Positions 27,994 to 37,183 are shown, numbered from the stretch's first letter. The stretch is DNA of 64,000 bases from a virus (IMGVR_UViG_3300032285_002814:1516-65515), one strand, 5' to 3'. Notes: a model not told the origin generated them from the sequence alone. Made by a program: numbers and translations.

Positions 27994-29686
27994 TTATGAT
28001 GTTGATACAATATTTACAGTTTCTGGTGGAGGATGCATATTTCTTATAGATTCTTTAAATAATGTTGATGGTTTAAAATATATAGCAACTCATCACGAGC
28101 AAGCAGCAGCAATAGCCGCAGAAGGATATGCAAGAATGAAAGAGGGTTTAGGAGCATGCATAGTTACAAGCGGACCAGGAGCAACTAATGCAATAACAGG
28201 GGTTATGGGAGCTTGGGTAGATTCCATACCTATGATTGTATTGAGTGGACAAGTCAATAAAGAAATGACTACAGAACATACAGGATTGAATCTTCGTCAA
28301 TTGGGAGATCAAGAGCTAAATATAATTGAATGCGTAAAAAGCATAACTAAATATGCTGTTCAAGTAAATGAACCAAGTCAAATAAAATACCATTTAGAAA
28401 AAGCATGTAAACTTGCAACAACTGGTAGACCTGGTCCTGTATGGTTAGATCTACCGTTAAATATACAATCAGCAAATATAGATCCTGAAAAATTGACAGG
28501 TTGCAACGAAAGCGAAAACAATCCCGTTGTTTTCGAATCTGATATTAATAGAATAATTGATAAATTAAAATCTGCTAAAAAGCCTTTGATGATAGTCGGC
28601 AATGGAATAAGGTTGTCTAAAGGATATGAACAACTACATTCATTTATAAAAAGTACGAATATTCCGGTAATATCTGCAGTGAATGGAAATGATCTAGTGA
28701 ACGATGATTACGACAATTACGTGGGCAGATTTGGAACGCATGCGCAGATATGCGCGAATCAATTACTATCAGAATGCGATTTATTATTGTCAGTGGGATC
28801 AAGATTATATGTTAGACAAACTGGATATAACTTTAAAGGCTTTGCTTCAAATGCTTTTAAAATATACGTTGATATAGACAAAAACGAATTAGATAAACCT
28901 ACGCTTTTTCCAGATATGAAAGTTGTATCTGACGCGAAAGTATTTTTATCTAAATTAAATAATCAAGATTTACCTACCACTAATAAAGATTGGACAGATT
29001 ATACATCAGAAAAATATAGAACTACGCCTACAGTATTAGATAGACATAGAAATAATAGTAAGTACGTTAGTCACTATCATTTCATAGAAAAATTGCAAAA
29101 CCACTTAACAGAACACGATCACATAGTAACGAGTGATGGATCAGCTAACGTAGTGACAATGCAAGTAATGAAATTGAAAGGAAAACAACGACTTATAACG
29201 AATACCGGTTGCGCGCCAATGGGTTATGGAATGCCAGCAGCAATAGGAGCGTCAGCCACTGGACATTCGATAGTTTGTATAGAAGGAGACGGAAGCTTAC
29301 ATCTAAATATACACGAATTACAAACAATAAAGCATAATAATCTGCCAATAAGGATGGTATTATTCAATAATCAAGGTTACACTTCTATAAAAATATCTCA
29401 GAAATCTTTTTTTAATGGTAAATTTACAGCGTCGGAATCTAATAGCGGAGTTTCTTTTCCAAATTTTGAAAAGATAATAAGGGCTTATGATATACCATAC
29501 ATTAAATTAAGTAATCATGAATCTATTGATGATGCTTTAAATATATTTTGCAAAAGTAAAGGGCCAATTATATTAGAAGTATTTTCAGATCCTGATGAAT
29601 ATCACGAACCAAAAGTTGTAGCAAAACTTAATGACGAAGGTAAATTTATTCCAGGAAACCTTCACGACATAAAATGGATTGACTAA
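27953..29686 (+). CDS. ThDP-dependent enzyme (acetolactate synthase-like, YerE-type)
   Basis: HHEQAAA, TSGPG, GRPGPVWLD, MGYGMPAAIG and GDGS...NN. Confidence 0.9.
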   Translation: MRVSDYVLQYLKDNYDVDTIFTVSGGGCIFLIDSLNNVDGLKYIATHHEQAAAIAAEGYARMKEGLGACIVTSGPGATNAITGVMGAWVDSIPMIVLSGQVNKEMTTEHTGLNLRQLGDQELNIIECVKSITKYAVQVNEPSQIKYHLEKACKLATTGRPGPVWLDLPLNIQSANIDPEKLTGCNESENNPVVFESDINRIIDKLKSAKKPLMIVGNGIRLSKGYEQLHSFIKSTNIPVISAVNGNDLVNDDYDNYVGRFGTHAQICANQLLSECDLLLSVGSRLYVRQTGYNFKGFASNAFKIYVDIDKNELDKPTLFPDMKVVSDAKVFLSKLNNQDLPTTNKDWTDYTSEKYRTTPTVLDRHRNNSKYVSHYHFIEKLQNHLTEHDHIVTSDGSANVVTMQVMKLKGKQRLITNTGCAPMGYGMPAAIGASATGHSIVCIEGDGSLHLNIHELQTIKHNNLPIRMVLFNNQGYTSIKISQKSFFNGKFTASESNSGVSFPNFEKIIRAYDIPYIKLSNHESIDDALNIFCKSKGPIILEVFSDPDEYHEPKVVAKLNDEGKFIPGNLHDIKWID

Positions 29687-30456
29687 TGAATATATTAATA
29701 ACAGGCGCTAATGGATATATAGCTAAATCTCTCTATAACGCTTTAAAAGACAAGCATAGTGTAATGATCATAAGTCGAAATAACTTTGATCTTACAAATC
29801 GAGAAGCAACAGATAATTTTTTCAAACACAGATTATTTGATGTTGTTATTCACTGCGCAGTTAATGGAGGCAGTAGATTGAAAGAAGAACGTTGGAAAGA
29901 CATGGACGATAATTTAAAAATGTATTACAATATATTAGCGAATAAAGATAATTTCAATAAATTAATTCATTTTGGATCAGGCGCAGAGTTTATGTCTAAA
30001 GATACACCATATGGATTGAGTAAGAAAGTTATTGCTAATTCTATTTCTGAACAAGATAATTTTTATAATTTAAGAATATACGCAGTATTTGATGAGAATG
30101 AATTAGATACACGTTTTATAAAAGCCAATATAAAAAGATATATTGATAAAACTCCTATTCAGATACATCAAGACAAATACATGAGTTTCTTCTATATGAA
30201 AGATCTTATAAAAGTTGTAGAGCATTATATAGAGAATATGAATATGCAAAAAGAATTAGATTGTTGCTATAGTCACATATACACTTTAACTGCCATAGCA
30301 GAAATCATCAATTCTTTGTCTGACTATAGAGTTGAAATTGTAAATCAACATTCTAAGGTAGGAGATGACTATTACGGTGATAATTTACAAAGACCTAATA
30401 TAGATTATTTAGGATTAGAATACGGAATAAAAGAAGTTTATAATAAATTAAAATGA
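29686..30456 (+). CDS. NAD-dependent epimerase/reductase (extended SDR)
   Basis: TGANGYIA, FGSGAE and YGLSK. Confidence 0.88.
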   Translation: MNILITGANGYIAKSLYNALKDKHSVMIISRNNFDLTNREATDNFFKHRLFDVVIHCAVNGGSRLKEERWKDMDDNLKMYYNILANKDNFNKLIHFGSGAEFMSKDTPYGLSKKVIANSISEQDNFYNLRIYAVFDENELDTRFIKANIKRYIDKTPIQIHQDKYMSFFYMKDLIKVVEHYIENMNMQKELDCCYSHIYTLTAIAEIINSLSDYRVEIVNQHSKVGDDYYGDNLQRPNIDYLGLEYGIKEVYNKLK

Positions 30457-31727
30457 AAAATATAACATTCGCAACAAATCCTGGAGCTGGTAGTATAGAG
30501 TATATCAAATTGCTAATAGAATCTTTAAAGAAAAACTTAGATAATAAAGAGCACGAGATATTAGTTTTTGTAGATAAAGATACAGATGGCATTGTAGAAT
30601 ATCTAAAATCAGAGAAAAATAATTTTTACGATTTAAAAATAGTTACTCACAGCGTAAAACCTGTTATAAGCTATCAAAGAAATTCTAGTTTAATAGTAGA
30701 TCTAGCTAAACACGATATAATAAGTTATTTGCATAGCGATATGGTGATATCTAAAGGGTACGATACAGCTGTTCTATCAGAATTAGAAGAAAATATGATA
30801 TTGAGTTCTACAAGAATAGAACCTGCATTGCATCCACCTAGTTCATTGACTTTCACAAAAGATTTTGGATTGAATCCTGAAGAATTTAATTTAAACGAAT
30901 TTAACGAATACGCTGAATCCGTTAAATCAAACAAATCCAGCGATTACTTTTTTGCTCCATACACATTTTATAAATCGGCTTGGCAAAAAGTTGGAGGATA
31001 CGATACATTATTTAGAAGATCTAGAGAAGATTCCGATTTCGTTCAAAGGTGTTTACACGCTGGAATAAAATTAAAACAGACATTTGCAGCTAACGTATAT
31101 CACTTCACGTGCATTACTTCAAGAGGCAAAAATTGGTTCGATCAGTCTAATCAACAAGCTCAAGATCGTGTTAAATTACAGAATGTTGCAGATCAAATAG
31201 AAATTAGAAGATTTTTTAAAAAATGGGGAAATTTCAATCACGGAGAAAATCTGATACATAAATATGATTGCGACCTCGTAATAAAAGGATCCGCAAATCA
31301 AACGGGTATAGCTTATCAATTAGAGCCATTTTTCACACGAATTTTTGTAGAATCAGAAGATTGTAAAAATGAATTAGTTAAGTTGCATGAAAATCAACAT
31401 GAACCTGCGAATCAACTTTTAAACTTTACACAAGAGGATTGGAAAGAGTCGAGTAAGTATTACAATCAAATAGATTATTCTCAAATTTATTTTGTAGGAG
31501 ATCCTAATAATTATAGCACTAAAATAACAATAGATTTAGATAGTAATGAATATAATATGTTAACTCAAGAAACGCTATTAAATCTTTCTCACTTAATTGA
31601 GCAAACAGAACCAGGAGATTACGAATCTGGAAATTGCATTATATCTATAAAACAAGCAAAAGATATAACTCCTCCATTCAAAGTAGAAAATCCACCGTTC
31701 GATATGAATTTATTAACTATAGAATAA
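30453..31727 (+). CDS. GT2-family glycosyltransferase
   Basis: LHSDM, VGGYD, REDSD and VYHF. Confidence 0.85.
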   Translation: MKNITFATNPGAGSIEYIKLLIESLKKNLDNKEHEILVFVDKDTDGIVEYLKSEKNNFYDLKIVTHSVKPVISYQRNSSLIVDLAKHDIISYLHSDMVISKGYDTAVLSELEENMILSSTRIEPALHPPSSLTFTKDFGLNPEEFNLNEFNEYAESVKSNKSSDYFFAPYTFYKSAWQKVGGYDTLFRRSREDSDFVQRCLHAGIKLKQTFAANVYHFTCITSRGKNWFDQSNQQAQDRVKLQNVADQIEIRRFFKKWGNFNHGENLIHKYDCDLVIKGSANQTGIAYQLEPFFTRIFVESEDCKNELVKLHENQHEPANQLLNFTQEDWKESSKYYNQIDYSQIYFVGDPNNYSTKITIDLDSNEYNMLTQETLLNLSHLIEQTEPGDYESGNCIISIKQAKDITPPFKVENPPFDMNLLTIE

Positions 31728-31748
31728 TATTTATATAAAATAGAATAA

Positions 31749-32054
31749 ATGAAAGCCGTAAACCCGACCGCTGTAATAAGTTTAGACAATGTAAAATACC
31801 CAGTTGTATTTGATGTAAATTCAAATGAAACAAAGAAAGGAGTTAAAATGCACTTTATTGTTGACGATTATAAAGATATAAAAAAGAAACAAGAGCTGGC
31901 TAATAGTTTATCTACTGCGTTGCAGAAAGCATTTGGAAATGCGGGTATAGCAGTTGATTATGATGAAAGATCACCGTATGAAAACGCAATATCTTATTTG
32001 ATTCCTTTACAATCAATATCAACTATTCTAATCAAAGCACTAAAAGGGGAATAG
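31749..32054 (+). CDS. hypothetical phage protein
   Basis: ORF behind an AATATTTA box. Confidence 0.7.
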   Translation: MKAVNPTAVISLDNVKYPVVFDVNSNETKKGVKMHFIVDDYKDIKKKQELANSLSTALQKAFGNAGIAVDYDERSPYENAISYLIPLQSISTILIKALKGE

Positions 32055-32073
32055 ATAATTTAAAAAATCGGTT

Positions 32074-32424
32074 ATGGCAAAAAGAAAAACAGTTAGAGCG
32101 CTATTCGATAATGTTCACGAACTCACTCATGAAGACATAGCGAAATCTCAGCAACTCAAAGATCTTTTAAAAATGCAAGTGCCAGTTTCTGTATATGAGG
32201 CGCATACCGCAAACAAACAATACGCTACTGTTTTCGAAATAAATGCTACAGATAATTACATAGAAATTCCTAAAAAAGATTGGATACCTGCTTTAGAAAC
32301 ATGCATAATGTGGCATTTAGAATCTGAAGACTATGAAAAGTGCAGCAAGATAAAAGAGATAATAGCTGAGATACAAAAGAAACCAGCAAAAAAAATAACC
32401 GTTAAAACAGAAAGCGATGAGTAA
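32074..32424 (+). CDS. hypothetical protein with C-terminal UVR-like motif
   Basis: EDYEKCSKIKE; apparent paralog of 5656..5976. Confidence 0.7.
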   Translation: MAKRKTVRALFDNVHELTHEDIAKSQQLKDLLKMQVPVSVYEAHTANKQYATVFEINATDNYIEIPKKDWIPALETCIMWHLESEDYEKCSKIKEIIAEIQKKPAKKITVKTESDE

Positions 32425-32818
32425 CGATTTTAAAAATGTACAAACAGCAATAGATGGTTTACTCAACGTCAAATGCGTGGTGAGAAGGCGAAAGAAGACC
32501 GAGCAGAATAAAAAGAAAGAGATGTTCGTTCAGATCATAAACGGATTAGAGGAGACAATAATAAGAACTAACATTGCGATGATAGATTTTGGTCTAGATT
32601 ATTCAAAGTACGACGAAACATTCTTGATGGTTATAGACGCTTTGATCTACATGAACTTCGGTAAAGAAGCTGCAGAACTAATATCCTATTATCTTTGGGA
32701 TCGAGTGAATCCCGATGGCACAATCAATCCAGTGCTAGATGAAGACAACAATGAAATAATAATGAATGATCCACACGAGTTGTGGGAACTTCTTTGCAAA
32801 TTGAATCCAAAATTATAG
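32417..32818 (+). CDS. hypothetical phage protein
   Basis: ORF overlapping the previous stop. Confidence 0.75.
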   Translation: MSNDFKNVQTAIDGLLNVKCVVRRRKKTEQNKKKEMFVQIINGLEETIIRTNIAMIDFGLDYSKYDETFLMVIDALIYMNFGKEAAELISYYLWDRVNPDGTINPVLDEDNNEIIMNDPHELWELLCKLNPKL

Positions 32819-32820
32819 TT

Positions 32821-33516
32821 ATGGCAAAACCCTTCGTACACCAAGGTTTCGCGTTCACAGAAGAAGACATTCGCCAAGCGATGTCGAAGACTCGCAGCAA
32901 CGCAGAAGCCGCAAGGCATTTACAAGTCCACATAACAACGTATCAGAAATATGCTAAGAAATACACAGACGTGCTCACAGGCAAGACTTTGTGGGATCTG
33001 CATATGAATATATCGTCTAAAGGAATCCCTAAGAAGTGGCAGACGGGTGAGCTCAAGGGAGATCTTGACAAGATGTTGACAGAAAAACAATTGAACAATC
33101 CAAAACGACTTGGAATGTTGAAGTCGCTTCTAATGAAAGATGGTAGACTCGGATACTGTTGCTCAGCGTGCGGACACTCTGAACGCAGACTCACAGATAT
33201 GAAGCAACCTCTCATGTTGGCTTTCAAAAACGCAGTAAGAACAGATTGGAGAGTAGAGAACTTGAAGTGGCTTTGCTATAACTGCTCATTCATATTGGGT
33301 CTCGACTACTTCTCAAACAGAATGATTCGCGACATAGAATCCTTCACATCTCATACGGATGAAGCCCAGAAAGAAGTACAGAACTTCTACGCTCTCGATG
33401 AATTTTATATGCAACACTTATCAAAGCTAGGACTGGACGGAGTTGGAGACGTTTTAGATAAGCCTCAAACTCCCGAACCTCTCGAAGACGGTGATGAGTT
33501 TATAGATCGAGTGTAA
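32821..33516 (+). CDS. HTH plus degenerate HNH/Zn-finger protein
   Basis: SNAEAARHLQVHITT HTH; CSACG...ENLKWLCYNC with the usual catalytic DH replaced (LMLAFK). Confidence 0.65.
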   Translation: MAKPFVHQGFAFTEEDIRQAMSKTRSNAEAARHLQVHITTYQKYAKKYTDVLTGKTLWDLHMNISSKGIPKKWQTGELKGDLDKMLTEKQLNNPKRLGMLKSLLMKDGRLGYCCSACGHSERRLTDMKQPLMLAFKNAVRTDWRVENLKWLCYNCSFILGLDYFSNRMIRDIESFTSHTDEAQKEVQNFYALDEFYMQHLSKLGLDGVGDVLDKPQTPEPLEDGDEFIDRV

Positions 33517-33618
33517 TTTCCAACGAGTTACATATATTTTAATTTTTGATATGTAAGTGATTGATCCTCAATTGCGTGCAACTCATTCATTTCCAAACAA
33601 CTACATATTAAGTTCAAA

Positions 33619-33708
33619 AATATATGTAAGTGATTGGTTCTCCCTGATATTTTTTTAAAAATAGTTGCTAAATAATTTTTTTGATAAACTAGAATGGGGT
33701 ACTTTTAC
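33619..33708 (+). promoter_or_regulatory. conserved promoter cassette, copy 1
   Basis: TATATGTAA..TTGGTTCTCCCTGA..AAAATAGTTGCTAAA..T-run..TACTTTTAC; homologous to three other copies. Confidence 0.75.
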
Positions 33709-33751
33709 ATAAATGCCAAACGAGATTAGTCACTTTAAAAAAATATATAAT

Positions 33752-34012
33752 ATGAGTAAAAAAACTGTAAAAGAATTGAAAACTTTAGTAGAATTACCTA
33801 AAGACGAGTACATCGCAATGATGAAAGAATTGAATCCTGATCTGACAGATGCAGATCTAGCTGATATGTTCCCTGACGGGTGGCAGGCCAAGCATATAGA
33901 TATAAGCGGAAATAATTACGATAGCTTTAGAAAAACGCAGATCATGATTGACTCTCAATTAGAAGAGCAATTCTGTGGCGGTTACGAATCAGACGAAGAT
34001 TTCGATTATTAA
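33752..34012 (+). CDS. acidic hypothetical protein
   Basis: ATG after an A-rich leader behind cassette 1. Confidence 0.75.
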   Translation: MSKKTVKELKTLVELPKDEYIAMMKELNPDLTDADLADMFPDGWQAKHIDISGNNYDSFRKTQIMIDSQLEEQFCGGYESDEDFDY

Positions 34013-34042
34013 TTAAATTATAAACCAATAAAACAAAATACT

Positions 34043-34477
34043 ATGTTAGCAATTGAAGACTTGTTAGGAAAAACTGAAGCTGAAGTAAAACAGCATATCG
34101 CAGACAATTATGCAGAAGAGCCTTATAATAAGGAATCAGCAAAAGTCGTATACAATCAACTTGATAAGTTAGACGTGCTTGTCGCGTACGAATCAGTTGG
34201 AAGTTGGGGTTGCGACTCTACTTCTTTCTTTGTATTCAAAGACAAAGAGACTGGTGAGTTATACGAAATGCATGGATCACACTGTTCGTGTTATGGCTTC
34301 GAAGGCCAATTCAAATTAGAAGAGACTGCAATCGAAGCACTTAAGTCTCGAGTAGAACACGCAAGAAGTTACAATCAAGAAGACGAAGACGAGCACGCCA
34401 TATTCTCTATGGGTGGATACGATGGAGATTCTACAAACAATGCGAAAGCAGTTAACGAATATATTATTAATCTATAA
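34043..34477 (+). CDS. hypothetical phage protein (GSHCSCYG motif)
   Basis: ELYEMHGSHCSCYGFEGQ. Confidence 0.8.
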   Translation: MLAIEDLLGKTEAEVKQHIADNYAEEPYNKESAKVVYNQLDKLDVLVAYESVGSWGCDSTSFFVFKDKETGELYEMHGSHCSCYGFEGQFKLEETAIEALKSRVEHARSYNQEDEDEHAIFSMGGYDGDSTNNAKAVNEYIINL

Positions 34478-34493
34478 TCAAAAAATAAAAGTT

Positions 34494-34799
34494 ATGAAAG
34501 CAACATTCAAATCAACAGGAGGAACGTCGTTCCATGATTCAGTAGTTAGTGAAACTTTAGCAAATTTAATATCTGTATTAGGCGAACCAAATTACTCAGG
34601 TAATGATGGCGAAGACAAAGTCAATTTTGAGTGGGAAATGGAAACCGAAGATGGAACAGTATTTACAGTGTATGACTGGAAAGAATATAGATCAATATCA
34701 GATCACGAAGTAATAGAGTGGCACATTGGCGGAAAAAGTAGATCTGACACTGAAAAAGCTAGACAAGAAATATTCAACGCATTATTCAATAAAAAATAA
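34494..34799 (+). CDS. hypothetical phage protein
   Basis: LGEP...DKVNFEW...FTVYDWK...WHIGG; AAAGTTATG start. Confidence 0.8.
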   Translation: MKATFKSTGGTSFHDSVVSETLANLISVLGEPNYSGNDGEDKVNFEWEMETEDGTVFTVYDWKEYRSISDHEVIEWHIGGKSRSDTEKARQEIFNALFNKK

Positions 34800-34858
34800 A
34801 AGTTTTGAACCACTATCAAATAACAGCATTCACAAATAAATTAAAAAAAGATAAAGAT

Positions 34859-35071
34859 ATGCTACACAAAACAAATCGTCAGATTCTGACAAAAGCAATC
34901 AAAGAATTGAGTGATATCGACTTGGTATTTTTTAGAGAGCGCATGCTCAGATCATGCGACGAAATTCTAAGTAATAGAGAGGAAATAATTAAAGACATGG
35001 ATGGAGGTTTCATATCTCCACATTTATTAATCGAGTGTATGGAGAACATAAAAGAAAAATTAGATTTCTAA
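34859..35071 (+). CDS. hypothetical protein
   Basis: ORF with A-rich leader. Confidence 0.65.
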   Translation: MLHKTNRQILTKAIKELSDIDLVFFRERMLRSCDEILSNREEIIKDMDGGFISPHLLIECMENIKEKLDF

Positions 35072-35131
35072 CACTTACACTTAAAACTTAATATTGTCAA
35101 AATAATCAATTATATTTATAAAACAAAGGTT

Positions 35132-35407
35132 ATGAACAAAGAAAAAATACGTAGCACAGTTTATCCGAAAAAACAAATGTCGTATACGACGTGGTGCAAG
35201 AAATACAAAGTCGGTTCAAGAGTGCAAAAATATAGCAATAAGAACTTCTATAAAGAAGGAGAATACGATCACGATAAATTGATAAAAATAATAAAAAGTT
35301 ATGGAAACGAAAAACAATCCCCTATTTGGAGACAAGTCTGCGAGGCACTTCTTGCATTATGTAAAGGGAAAATGCAGAAAGCATGGAATAAAATTAGTAT
35401 TGCGTGA
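35132..35407 (+). CDS. basic hypothetical protein
   Basis: GTTATG start behind a TATATTTA box; long 3' overlap with the next gene. Confidence 0.6.
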   Translation: MNKEKIRSTVYPKKQMSYTTWCKKYKVGSRVQKYSNKNFYKEGEYDHDKLIKIIKSYGNEKQSPIWRQVCEALLALCKGKMQKAWNKISIA

Positions 35408-35921
35408 CACAACATATTTAAGACTTGATGGAAATATCAAGTGTTCTGGTTATTTTGACGATGAAGGCGGAAAGCTAGTAGTTGCAATGAAGTCTTCTCT
35501 CGCTTTAGAGATATTAGTACACGAATTTGGGCACTTAACTCAATACGTAGATAATTGCAAACCGTGGAGAAATTTAGGTAATAGTCTCGATAAGATGACG
35601 GATTGGTTACAGGGCAGAGACATTAGAAATAGTGACAAGTATATAAACGCAGCAAGAGATATGGAGCTTGACAACGAAAAAAGATCTGTACAGATAATAA
35701 AAGATTTTGGTTTGAATATAGATATAGAATCTTACATACAGAGAGCAAACAGCTATGTATACTTTTACAACTGGATGAAGACCACAAGACGCTGGTCATC
35801 AGCAAAAAATTCTCCTTATAAGAATCAAAGGCTATTAGAAGTTATGCCTAAAACATTCCAGAAGAGCTACAGAACAATACCTAAACGCATAGCCAAAGTA
35901 TTTAAAGAACAAAATATTTAA
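35301..35921 (+). CDS. putative zincin metallopeptidase-like protein
   Basis: ILVHEFGH (HExxH) plus downstream ELDNE. Confidence 0.7.
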   Translation: METKNNPLFGDKSARHFLHYVKGKCRKHGIKLVLRDTTYLRLDGNIKCSGYFDDEGGKLVVAMKSSLALEILVHEFGHLTQYVDNCKPWRNLGNSLDKMTDWLQGRDIRNSDKYINAARDMELDNEKRSVQIIKDFGLNIDIESYIQRANSYVYFYNWMKTTRRWSSAKNSPYKNQRLLEVMPKTFQKSYRTIPKRIAKVFKEQNI

Positions 35922-35922
35922 C

Positions 35923-36309
35923 ATGACAAAGTTAACAAGGTTTCATGCATTAAAAATATTAGATTGGTGTATGAAGAAATATGGTAGAGGTATTAAGCCT
36001 TATCCGACCCTTCAATTCAGAAAGCCTGATTATATGAACGGAGAGCATGCTTACGGAGAGTACGATTACGAAGACGACTTCATATATGTAAATAGTCAAC
36101 TTCATAAAAATTTAGATGAACTTGCAGACACGATAATACACGAATACGTTCACTATAGGTATCATGCTAAGTCTACTTATTATCAATTGGACAGAGACTA
36201 CGATCATGACGATCATCCGATGGAGAAGCAAGCAGACGCAATAGCAAGAAGAGATCAAAAAAAATGTGTGCAAGAACTAAAAAAATATTACAGACAATTC
36301 AATCATTAA
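35923..36309 (+). CDS. putative zincin metallopeptidase-like protein
   Basis: TIIHEYVH (HExxH) plus HPMEKQA. Confidence 0.7.
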   Translation: MTKLTRFHALKILDWCMKKYGRGIKPYPTLQFRKPDYMNGEHAYGEYDYEDDFIYVNSQLHKNLDELADTIIHEYVHYRYHAKSTYYQLDRDYDHDDHPMEKQADAIARRDQKKCVQELKKYYRQFNH

Positions 36310-36334
36310 TTTATAAACATATTTATTGACAGGT

Positions 36335-36547
36335 ATGATAACTATTACAGCATTAGAAGCCATAGCAATCAAATCCATACCGGAAGGTAATCACTCATTA
36401 TTGGGCGTGAATAGCAGAAAAGCTTGGGTGAAAATAGTTAAAGAGTACGTAACTACTCACAAACTAGAAATAACAACAAAGAACTTAAAAACTCTCGCAA
36501 ATAATTGGGAGACCCTATTGATAACACACTATAGCGCATTGAACTAA
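36335..36547 (+). CDS. hypothetical protein
   Basis: ATG just behind a CATATTTA box. Confidence 0.6.
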   Translation: MITITALEAIAIKSIPEGNHSLLGVNSRKAWVKIVKEYVTTHKLEITTKNLKTLANNWETLLITHYSALN

Positions 36548-36548
36548 C

Positions 36549-36863
36549 ATGACACTATTACAAATCTCAGGAATTAATCTATCATCCGTAGCAACGCAGT
36601 ACGGAATTTTAGGAATCTTAGCAGTACTGTTAGGTTACTTCGCATGGAGTACATATAACAAGATTTCTAAAAAGAACGACGAAGATTATCAGAGACTAAT
36701 AAAGAAAAACGAAGAGTTGGAAGAGGAAGTTGCAAATCTCAGAGAAGAGATGATGGCACTTATAGTAGAAGAGAGAAACAGAATGGCAGAATTAGTAAGA
36801 GCAAATACAGAAGCGCTAACAGATTTACGTAGAACAATAACAGATTACATGTTAAGAACATAG
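36549..36863 (+). CDS. single-TM coiled-coil protein (holin-like)
   Basis: QYGILGILAVLLGYFAW TM followed by coiled coil. Confidence 0.6.
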   Translation: MTLLQISGINLSSVATQYGILGILAVLLGYFAWSTYNKISKKNDEDYQRLIKKNEELEEEVANLREEMMALIVEERNRMAELVRANTEALTDLRRTITDYMLRT

Positions 36864-36865
36864 CT

Positions 36866-37153
36866 ATGAATAAAACAGCATCAATGCTATCTAAGATGGC
36901 TGACAAATTACTAAAGTCAGCAGATAAAGCAGATGCTTACGCTCAGTCTCAAGCTAAATACAAAAAGATAAAGCTTCTACACGAAGCGATGACTGAAAGA
37001 TATAAATTCTACATATCCAGTAAAGACAAATGTTCTTACGCAGATCAAATCAAGAGCGAGATCGAACAAGTCAAAAGACTAGAAAAGAGATTGACTCTAA
37101 CTGATCAAGACGATTCAATCCTTGAAAGGCTGTTTAACAAATACAAAATTTAG
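36866..37153 (+). CDS. hypothetical helical protein
   Basis: ORF in operon. Confidence 0.7.
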   Translation: MNKTASMLSKMADKLLKSADKADAYAQSQAKYKKIKLLHEAMTERYKFYISSKDKCSYADQIKSEIEQVKRLEKRLTLTDQDDSILERLFNKYKI

Positions 37154-37183
37154 ATTAAATAACCCTCAAACCCCCCTTAGTTT

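Noticed and set aside
26941-29686. aroB and ilvB as amino-acid biosynthesis auxiliary genes
   Set aside because: No other shikimate or branched-chain amino-acid genes and no AHAS small subunit; both genes are embedded among NDP-sugar enzymes.
7697-31727. Bacterial chromosomal O-antigen or capsule locus
   Set aside because: No wzx/wzy/wzz or initiating transferase, and the island is continuous with phage-type genes on both sides.
33517-33710. Repeated boxes as a mini CRISPR array
   Set aside because: The repeats are short, degenerate, in mixed orientation and irregularly spaced.
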